This document shows, piece by piece, positions 40,354-48,149 of a stretch of DNA of 64,000 nucleotides (positions within the stretch are counted from its first letter, which is position 1; each line of letters starts with the position of its first letter). A model generated the notes under the pieces. That model was given only the letters and a program-made list of their open reading frames with translations. It was not told the origin of the DNA and searched no databases. Origin of the DNA: a virus (taxonomy: Duplodnaviria > Caudoviricetes); the IMG/VR virus record IMGVR_UViG_3300032319_001025, positions 1 through 64,000 of that record. One strand, given 5' to 3'. The position numbers and the translations under genes are program-made.

Positions 40354-41783
40354 ATCATAAACATTACAGAAGGATACTGCTCGACTCTTTTGATGAAAAT
40401 TCTTTGCAAAAAGGTTCAAAAGGCGATTGGCAAAAAGAAGGGTACAAAATACATCATGTTGGAGATCCTAAAAGTAGTTTTGACGTTATTGCAGTTTCCC
40501 CAAAAGGAGAAACCATCGGTAAGGTAAATATTGGAAGATACGAAACAAAAACAAAACCAAATCTAGTGGCTTCTAACCCAATTGTACATAAAGATCACAG
40601 ACGTAAAGGTATCGCATCTGCTATGTATCAATATGCAGAAAAAGTATCTGGTGGAGTAATGAAACCAGATGTAGGATTAACTTTATCGGCAAAACAAATG
40701 TGGGCTAAACCAAATAGACCTTTTGGCGGTAAACGTAAATATTTTCAACATTTAATATCTAAATCAGAATTAAAGAAGGCACCATTTATTCATGAACACA
40801 ATGCTTTTGCAGCAAGTAATATAGGTCCTTATATCGGAGAAGATTCAGAATTAGAATCTGTTACCAATCATAAAGGTTACAAGGTTTATAAATATAAAGA
40901 CGGCGATTATCATTATTTTGCTATACATAAAGATAACGATCCCAAAAAAGAAGTACTTTCATCAGCTACCGTATCTTCTTATTACGATCCTGAAGATCCA
41001 AATTTTGACGAAAATGAAGGGTTGCCTTATATTGAACATGCAGCAACGTTATCAGAACACCAAGGTAAAGGCATGGGAACAGCCATTCATGAGGCTGCAA
41101 CAAAACATTTTGGAACATTATTAAGCAGTACCGCGCTTTCTCCAGGAAGCGACGCAACTTGGAAAAAGATGCGTGCAAATAAAAACATAAAATTAAAAAT
41201 TGGAAGAGGTGAATCAAGTCCCTATATAGCTAAATGGATTAAAAAGCCCAAAATTAACAAAACAGAAGATTTAAATCAACTAGCTAAAGGTTTTGAAGAA
41301 TTATTTGGTTTTTTGGCTAAAGCAAAAAAGAATATTATATATATAGCTACCGATGGAGATAATATCGGTGCTTCAGTTGAAAGGGCCGCTCTATCTAACG
41401 ATATTAAAGAAATTAAAAAACAAGATAAAATTATTAAAAGAGGTAATCAAACCGTAAGAAAGTGGATTAAAAAACGCAAAGGTTCAATTTATATTGACGG
41501 TGGCGATGATATTTCTTTTACTATTCATAAAAAATATTTAGATGAAATCGAAGAACTAAGGAATAAATATCATGAGGCTACTGGATATACAATCACAGTT
41601 GGAATAGGTGATAGTATATCAGAAGCCGCTCATGCCATGGTTTATGGTAAATTAAAAGGCAAAAACCAAGTAAATAGATGGACATCAGAAATAGAATCTA
41701 TTATTTCTCAGCATGATAAAAAACCTGAATCCGCAGAAGAAAAATATCAAAAAGAAGGTCTTTTGGTTCCCAAAAAGATATAA
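40350..41783 (+). CDS. Polyvalent protein: GNAT, GNAT and mCpol (GGDD) cyclase-like domain
   Basis: HRRKGIASAMY; HQGKGMGTAIH; YIATDGDNIG...IDGGDD...TVGIG...GKNQV. ATGA overlap with the previous gene. Confidence 0.8.
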   Translation: MNHKHYRRILLDSFDENSLQKGSKGDWQKEGYKIHHVGDPKSSFDVIAVSPKGETIGKVNIGRYETKTKPNLVASNPIVHKDHRRKGIASAMYQYAEKVSGGVMKPDVGLTLSAKQMWAKPNRPFGGKRKYFQHLISKSELKKAPFIHEHNAFAASNIGPYIGEDSELESVTNHKGYKVYKYKDGDYHYFAIHKDNDPKKEVLSSATVSSYYDPEDPNFDENEGLPYIEHAATLSEHQGKGMGTAIHEAATKHFGTLLSSTALSPGSDATWKKMRANKNIKLKIGRGESSPYIAKWIKKPKINKTEDLNQLAKGFEELFGFLAKAKKNIIYIATDGDNIGASVERAALSNDIKEIKKQDKIIKRGNQTVRKWIKKRKGSIYIDGGDDISFTIHKKYLDEIEELRNKYHEATGYTITVGIGDSISEAAHAMVYGKLKGKNQVNRWTSEIESIISQHDKKPESAEEKYQKEGLLVPKKI

Positions 41784-41823
41784 CTAATTAAATATATTCA
41801 ATTATTTGCGTCTTTTTGTTATG

Positions 41824-41833
41824 ACTTAATCTT
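41824..41833 (+). promoter_or_regulatory. Putative late promoter ACTTAATCTT
   Basis: Recurring motif upstream of 41867. Confidence 0.7.
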
Positions 41834-41866
41834 TTAAGTAGGCATTATTAAAAGAGTTTTAATAAA

Positions 41867-43018
41867 ATGGCAAAACTAACAAAAACAGATTATTTTGATG
41901 CTTTGTGGAATTTGTATCAAGAAAACAAAAAAAAGGCATCTATGCCACCACACGTTGGCGGCGAAGAACAGAAATATGTTGTTCATGTTGGTGGTCAAGC
42001 AATAACCGAACCCAAAACATACAAGCAAATTATTCAAGACCATGGCGACATTAAAAGATTAGAAGCATCTGGAGCAAGAGTTCTCCCCCATGTGCCAAAA
42101 ACAACACCAAAACCGCCACCATTGCCTAAACAAACAAAGACAATGGGCAAAAACCAAGATATTAAAATACCTAAAAAAGAATTTATTAAAGAGCACAAGC
42201 GCTTAATTGATGTTCTCGAGTCTCCTTCCCATAAAGATGACGTACAGGAAGCTAAAAAACAAAGAAAAGAATTAAAAGAAATCAACAAATCAGATAAATA
42301 CTTTCAAAATTTAAAAAAGGGCTACGCACAAAAAAAACTTCCAGTAGATCCAAATAAAGAATCTCAAATGAATGCCATGTTAATAGATAAATGGCAAAAT
42401 GAACAATATACGCCAACTAGAGCATTAATTAAACCATTAACTGGAAATTTAAGGCAAAGAGCGTTAAATAGACTAGCTGGTACAACAAAAGTCAGAAAAG
42501 CAAAAGACGGCAAAAGAGAGTTTTTATTGTATCGAGGTGTTAGCGATTCTGAAAAAGATAGCGCATTAGATAACAACGTTTTAAATTATCCAGAAAACCA
42601 ATACACTTCATGGACACCACATCAGGGAATAGCTGGTAGATTTGCAAATAGCAGAATGGGTCATATTATTGGCGCATGGATTCATGAAAATGATATACAA
42701 CATTACCCTAAAATGGTTGGAAATGTATATGAAAGGCATAAAGGAAAGCCTATTAAATCCGCAAATGATTATGCTGGAGAAGATGAAATTATAGTTAGAC
42801 ATACTAGACCGCATGAAGGGCACGTAACGCATTCATTTTCTACGGATTCAAATTTTATAAAATATAACACTAAAAGTCCGATTAAAAACGAAATTAAACC
42901 AGAAAGATTGGTTGCATCAGAAGAAAAAAAGAACAACGAAGACTTCTTAAAAGAAGAAATATTGGATTTTTCCGATGAAGAAACCCTAGAGCACTCTACT
43001 AACAAGTGGAGTAAATAA
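41867..43018 (+). CDS. ADP-ribosyltransferase-like protein
   Basis: LYRGVS, YTSWT and EDEIIV (R-S-E triad); paralogous to the ART domain of 32985..35582. Confidence 0.7.
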   Translation: MAKLTKTDYFDALWNLYQENKKKASMPPHVGGEEQKYVVHVGGQAITEPKTYKQIIQDHGDIKRLEASGARVLPHVPKTTPKPPPLPKQTKTMGKNQDIKIPKKEFIKEHKRLIDVLESPSHKDDVQEAKKQRKELKEINKSDKYFQNLKKGYAQKKLPVDPNKESQMNAMLIDKWQNEQYTPTRALIKPLTGNLRQRALNRLAGTTKVRKAKDGKREFLLYRGVSDSEKDSALDNNVLNYPENQYTSWTPHQGIAGRFANSRMGHIIGAWIHENDIQHYPKMVGNVYERHKGKPIKSANDYAGEDEIIVRHTRPHEGHVTHSFSTDSNFIKYNTKSPIKNEIKPERLVASEEKKNNEDFLKEEILDFSDEETLEHSTNKWSK

Positions 43019-45774
43019 TGCCTGTTTTAACTCCAGAACAACACGAAAAGGAAATGCACTTAGCAGCTAGTTCTGGCGACTGGGATAAAGCTATAAAACA
43101 CGCAAAATCCCAACCTAAAAATTGGTCGGCTTTTGATAAATTACCCCAATATGAAATCCCCCCAGAAGCTTTTGAAAAAGTAATTAATTCGGTTCCAAAA
43201 AATGATAGGGCTAATTTTTATTTTGAGCTTGCAAGCAACCTTCATCCAAATTTAACTCATGATCAATTAGATTTTTTAGGCAGCAAAACTGGAAATGACA
43301 TTTACGCACAAGATTCAATAAAAAACCACCCTAATTGGAATCCTAAAGAATCAAAGAAAAATTTAGGTGAAAAGTCAGCATCTGATTTTTGGTTAAGCTA
43401 CGAAAGAAGAGTAGAGCCGCATCATTTTGCTACAATTAAGTCTATATTTTCTGGCAAACCAGAAGAAATAACAGATCATAGAGGTAAAACTGGAAACAGC
43501 CATTTAGGAAGTATTCAGAATGGAAGGCTATACGAAAAAGAAAGTAATATAGCCGCAAACGGACCTAAATTTTATGGCGATCAATTTTTATCAAACCTTA
43601 AAGACGTACATCCATATTTATTAGATCATGCAAAAAAAGTTCAAGACGCTATAATGCAGGATGAAAATATAGAAAAAAGAATTATAAACGGAAAACCTCA
43701 CATTAAACTTTATAGAGGTGTTGGAGGGTCTTACGCTAAAAGAATAGCAAAATCTTCAAAATATGATCCAAAAAATCATTCAGTTGAAAACAAAAAGTTT
43801 AAAATAAAATCAGCCCCCTTTAGTTCATGGTCTACTGAAAAAGAAGTAGCGGATAATTTTGCTAAATCCAGAACTAACATTACTGGAACTATAGGTCCAG
43901 CAAAACCAGGAGAATCTATAACACTATCTTCGTGGATTCCAGTAGAAAACATTTTACATTCGGGCTTTCATAGAATTCATACAGGTCAAGAACATGCACA
44001 TCCACATGAATCAGAAATAATAGTATCTCATCCAACAGGATACATGAATTTAAATTCAAAAGATTTACACCTCGTTAATACACTTAAAGACCCCTATTCA
44101 AGCGAAATTGAAAAAGTTTCAACAAGAGGCATTATCCCACAAAAACTGGCTGCATCAGAAAAAGAATATTTTAATGATTTGTTAGAAAAAAACCTCAGAT
44201 CTAAAATTGCTGCAGCAGCTCTAGGAGCATCTTTATTATCTACGCCAGCAAACATAAAAGAAATAAAACGACCATTAAATCAAATTCAAGAAAAACAAAC
44301 TCAATTACATCCAGATTTAGTTGATATTTCAGCAATTGAGAGTAATTACGGAAAAAACAAACAACATAAAAAAGTTTTAACTGGCGTTAACATGGGACAT
44401 AAAGCCGCTGGAGCTACTGGCTTAATGCCATTAACCATTAAAGAAACTATTAAAAGAAATAAAAACTTATCCGATAGATACCCACAAACCATTTCAATGG
44501 ATCACGATCAGTTAACTGATTTTATTAATAAAAACCCAAACATTGAAAACAAAATAGCTAATGCACATTATAAAAAACTTTTAAAGGTTTTTAGTAATAA
44601 CAAAAATAAAGCGATTTTTGCCTGGAGGAACGGCATTTCCGCAGCCAAAAACGCTTCACAAGAAGAAATAAATAACAATCCCTATGTAATAGCAGTAAAT
44701 AAAGCAAAAATAAACATAAATAAATCAGATAAATACTTTAAAAGTCTTAAAAAAACAAATACTAAGATTAATCAACCAAATAAAATAAATAAAAAATTTA
44801 TAGCTGTTATTAATAAAGGCACGTTATCAGATGGAAAATATAATCCTTCCCCTTTATATTATGTGGGCGATGGCAATCACATGACAGAACCATATAAAGC
44901 TATGGCTTTTGATTCAATAGAGCAAGGTAGAAAAGAAATTGAAAATTCTTGGAAAAAAAGATCTCAAAATGAAGAATATAAAAGAACGGCACCACATCCT
45001 TTTGACATTAGCTTTATAGAAGATCCAAGGCCAGGAAAATGGAACGAAGATGAAAGTTATTATGAAGATGAAAGCGGTAATCCAATTTTAGACAGTAAAG
45101 GCAATGTCATACACGCAAAAATGCCAAAACTAGAATTTAACGAACCTAATTCTATTATGGTGCATGTGGAAGACCCTTCAGATCAAAAAGAGCTAAAGCA
45201 AAAACAAAAATTAGCTTCAAGCTTAAAAAGCCAGGGCAAAAAAGTAGATTTAGTATATCCCAAAATGCCAGAACAAAAGGTAAAAATACAATCATACAAA
45301 GAAGCAATGAAAGAAATAGCAGAGCAGGAAGCAAAACAAAAATTAAAAGATTACGGATATGATGATGAAGGAGTAAAACAAGCTATTCAAACATCAGGAG
45401 AAAAAACAAACGTTATTCCAGAAAAATTAGCAGCATCTGAGCTTTATTTTAAAAATCTTAAAAAATCAAATGAAAACAAACAATTATTAAATAAATGGAA
45501 AAAATATTTTAAATCAAAAATCAAAAAAACTGACGGCATTACAACTACTACAATGCCAAGAGGACAAAGCCCTGGTCAAACAGGCCCATCATTAAATGGA
45601 ACATCAATTAAAGAACAGCCCAGAGGCCCGATTGGAACAATTAGGCCGTCAAAGGATTTACAGCAGATTTCACAGTCTTTTACGGGCAATTTGGGACAAC
45701 CTGGTATATCAGCAGCTGCATCAAATCTTAGAAGATTTTTGGGTAAATCTAAAGGTTTAAATAAAAAACAATAA
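43018..45774 (+). CDS. Polyvalent protein: ART-like and SLT lytic transglycosylase domains
   Basis: LYRGV/FSSWS/ESEIIV; ISAIESNYG, GATGLMPLT, AWRNG and YV. Confidence 0.75.
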   Translation: MPVLTPEQHEKEMHLAASSGDWDKAIKHAKSQPKNWSAFDKLPQYEIPPEAFEKVINSVPKNDRANFYFELASNLHPNLTHDQLDFLGSKTGNDIYAQDSIKNHPNWNPKESKKNLGEKSASDFWLSYERRVEPHHFATIKSIFSGKPEEITDHRGKTGNSHLGSIQNGRLYEKESNIAANGPKFYGDQFLSNLKDVHPYLLDHAKKVQDAIMQDENIEKRIINGKPHIKLYRGVGGSYAKRIAKSSKYDPKNHSVENKKFKIKSAPFSSWSTEKEVADNFAKSRTNITGTIGPAKPGESITLSSWIPVENILHSGFHRIHTGQEHAHPHESEIIVSHPTGYMNLNSKDLHLVNTLKDPYSSEIEKVSTRGIIPQKLAASEKEYFNDLLEKNLRSKIAAAALGASLLSTPANIKEIKRPLNQIQEKQTQLHPDLVDISAIESNYGKNKQHKKVLTGVNMGHKAAGATGLMPLTIKETIKRNKNLSDRYPQTISMDHDQLTDFINKNPNIENKIANAHYKKLLKVFSNNKNKAIFAWRNGISAAKNASQEEINNNPYVIAVNKAKININKSDKYFKSLKKTNTKINQPNKINKKFIAVINKGTLSDGKYNPSPLYYVGDGNHMTEPYKAMAFDSIEQGRKEIENSWKKRSQNEEYKRTAPHPFDISFIEDPRPGKWNEDESYYEDESGNPILDSKGNVIHAKMPKLEFNEPNSIMVHVEDPSDQKELKQKQKLASSLKSQGKKVDLVYPKMPEQKVKIQSYKEAMKEIAEQEAKQKLKDYGYDDEGVKQAIQTSGEKTNVIPEKLAASELYFKNLKKSNENKQLLNKWKKYFKSKIKKTDGITTTTMPRGQSPGQTGPSLNGTSIKEQPRGPIGTIRPSKDLQQISQSFTGNLGQPGISAAASNLRRFLGKSKGLNKKQ

Positions 45775-45836
45775 TAAAATATATAACTAGTTGAATTAAT
45801 TAAATAAAATTAATCAAAAAAGCATTATTTTATATT

Positions 45837-45846
45837 ACTTAATCTA
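45837..45846 (+). promoter_or_regulatory. Putative late promoter ACTTAATCTA
   Basis: Recurring motif upstream of 45863. Confidence 0.7.
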
Positions 45847-45862
45847 TCAAATAGAGGTAATT

Positions 45863-47845
45863 ATGTCTAAGTCCTTATTAGAACAGGCTCAGGAATTATT
45901 AAAAAGCATTGAAAACAATCCAGAAGCATTAAAAGCTTTTCAAGAGCTTGTAAAAGCACGCGCAGAAGAATCAAAGCACATTGAAATGGAAATGTCACCA
46001 GACCAAGAAAAGAAAAAACGCATTGATGAATTGTCCAAAAAAATTAAAGCTTGCATGGAAAAAATGCAAAAAGAATCAATGGATAAAGACGACAAGCCAC
46101 ATTTACCAGGAACTCCAGAAGATAAAGCTCATGATGTTGTCGAAGAAGGCGAAAGTGTTAAAGAAGCCATTCACGGATTAAAAGATAAAAGTGAAGATTC
46201 TAAAAAAGAAATGCTTTCACATTTAAGATCTTTAAAAGATAAATCCCAGCTTAGAAGCCCAGAAAACAGGGAAGCTGGTAAAGAACCTCATGAAAAAGCT
46301 GAAACTGGACACGAAAAAGGTGTTCATCAAGCAGATTACAGCACAACTTATATAAAAGATAATAAAATTCAGCACGGTATTTCAACTGCTGGAATTAGAG
46401 CAAGAGAAGCCTCTAAACCCCGTTCTTTTAAAGAATATGAAGAATCACCTAAAGCAGCAAAGGCGGGTCACGAAAGAGTATTAGAAGAAATTAAACAACA
46501 GCCTAAACCCAACCTTCCTAAAACTGAAAAAGCTGAAACAGAAAAATCTGTACACGGAGTTCCAGGAAAAAATAGGCCGTTACATTCACGTGGCATACAC
46601 GAAACTGTAAGTCAAAGCAGCTCAGAGTTTGGCGGCGAAGCAAAAGAAAAAAGCCTTGCTGGATTAAAAGTAAGACGTGGAGATACTGCAGGAGCAAAGA
46701 AGGCACATAAAGAAATTGTTTCCGAGCAGAAAAAAATGCCTGTTGCAAAATTACCAAAAGCTGAAACAGAAAAAAATGAAACTTATTACAGAAATTTAGT
46801 TAAAAATACTTTAGAAAAACAACTAATGTCTCCACCGTTCGGAATGAGCGAAATGGAAAAAGAAGAAGACCCAAGAGAAATGGTTGAATCAAGTTTAATG
46901 GCAATTCACAGAAAAGCTAATTATTTGCAAAAATTGCTTCATGAAGTTTGCGAATGTAAAGAAGTGCCAGCTTGGGTTCAAGATAAGCTTTCTTCTGCTA
47001 AAACGCATATGACCGATGTAATGGATTTTATTGCATCTCAAGCAGGAAAAGGTAGTCATCATGAAGAGCAAGAAATGCACCCAGCCGAAACTGCAGAAAT
47101 TGTAGTAACTAAATCTGAATTAGAAAAAGCCAAAATTGACGAAGGTAAACAACTAGGAAGCAAAATAGCAGCAAGACAAGAAAGAAATATTAGGGACGTA
47201 ATTACAACTAAAACCCCTTCTGGACAAAAAACAAGGACAGCAAGATCTTCTGCAAGAAGAGAAAAAGAACTAGAAGAAGGTAAAAAGCCAGAATCTCTCT
47301 TATCTGCTTTAAAAGAGCATGCGGAAAGAAGGAAAGGCGAAAAAATTGTAGGAAAACCTAAAACACTAGAAAATATTAGCGGTAGAGACATTAGAGGCAA
47401 GTCTGCTGAACAAAGAGCTGGCGTACACATGCATTCTGGTTCAATGGCAGGTAAAGAAATGCCAATTGGAGTTTCTGCACCAGTTTTTGCAGATAAAAAA
47501 GGTAAAGCTTATCCTATTGGTGGATTATTCGGTGAAAATAAATATTCTTCTAAAGTTAGACATGAAGAAGTAATGGAAGGCTTAAAAAACATTAAGCCAA
47601 GTTTACCTAAGTCCGAAATGAAAAAAGAACAGCTCGAGCCAGCTCCGAAACCACAAAGCAAACCTAAAATGATTGCACCGCCTGCTAGTGGTGCTGGTGC
47701 AAGCGATGGGGGTCATGGCAACTGGAAAGGCGACGGAAAAGGCCCGAAAATGAAAAAACCAGTAAAATTTAACTATAAAATTGCAAAAGCTGAAAAAGTA
47801 CAATATTATTCAAATTTAGTTAAATCTTTATTAGATAAAAAGTAA
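45863..47845 (+). CDS. Lys/Glu-rich putative internal head or scaffold-like protein
   Basis: Many K-[A/S/T/N]-E motifs, three GVH...H..V.....LPK[TAS]E repeats and a PAWVQDKL motif. Confidence 0.65.
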   Translation: MSKSLLEQAQELLKSIENNPEALKAFQELVKARAEESKHIEMEMSPDQEKKKRIDELSKKIKACMEKMQKESMDKDDKPHLPGTPEDKAHDVVEEGESVKEAIHGLKDKSEDSKKEMLSHLRSLKDKSQLRSPENREAGKEPHEKAETGHEKGVHQADYSTTYIKDNKIQHGISTAGIRAREASKPRSFKEYEESPKAAKAGHERVLEEIKQQPKPNLPKTEKAETEKSVHGVPGKNRPLHSRGIHETVSQSSSEFGGEAKEKSLAGLKVRRGDTAGAKKAHKEIVSEQKKMPVAKLPKAETEKNETYYRNLVKNTLEKQLMSPPFGMSEMEKEEDPREMVESSLMAIHRKANYLQKLLHEVCECKEVPAWVQDKLSSAKTHMTDVMDFIASQAGKGSHHEEQEMHPAETAEIVVTKSELEKAKIDEGKQLGSKIAARQERNIRDVITTKTPSGQKTRTARSSARREKELEEGKKPESLLSALKEHAERRKGEKIVGKPKTLENISGRDIRGKSAEQRAGVHMHSGSMAGKEMPIGVSAPVFADKKGKAYPIGGLFGENKYSSKVRHEEVMEGLKNIKPSLPKSEMKKEQLEPAPKPQSKPKMIAPPASGAGASDGGHGNWKGDGKGPKMKKPVKFNYKIAKAEKVQYYSNLVKSLLDKK

Positions 47846-47846
47846 T

Positions 47847-48089
47847 ATGTCTAAAAAAGACAAAAAGTACAATACTTTTGAAGATTCGGCAAAAAGAACC
47901 GAATTCAAGAAAAATATTGAATACAAAGAGCCTATGCTTCAGCTTAATTTTGATGCATGGTTCACCAAGGTTGCTAACGAAAGAAAGTTTAACAGCAATC
48001 TTAAAGAAGCTCTAAAACTTCATTTTGAAGTTAACGGGTTTATGGAAAATAAAAAGTTTGATGAAGGATTAAAACACTTCGGCTTTTAA
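47847..48089 (+). CDS. Small protein preceding the tail sheath
   Basis: Operonic ORF. Confidence 0.6.
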   Translation: MSKKDKKYNTFEDSAKRTEFKKNIEYKEPMLQLNFDAWFTKVANERKFNSNLKEALKLHFEVNGFMENKKFDEGLKHFGF

Positions 48090-48110
48090 AAAGAGCAAGA
48101 AAATCAAATA

Positions 48111-48120
48111 ACTTAATCTT
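48111..48120 (+). promoter_or_regulatory. Putative late promoter ACTTAATCTT
   Basis: Upstream of the sheath gene. Confidence 0.75.
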
Positions 48121-48149
48121 ATACTATAAGATATAGGGAGTATTTAAAA

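Noticed and set aside
41331-41681. Type III CRISPR Cas10 or classical diguanylate cyclase
   Set aside because: The domain is about 115 aa with no HD domain or csm/cmr genes, and the motif is DGDxxG/GGDD rather than DxDxFK/GGDEF.
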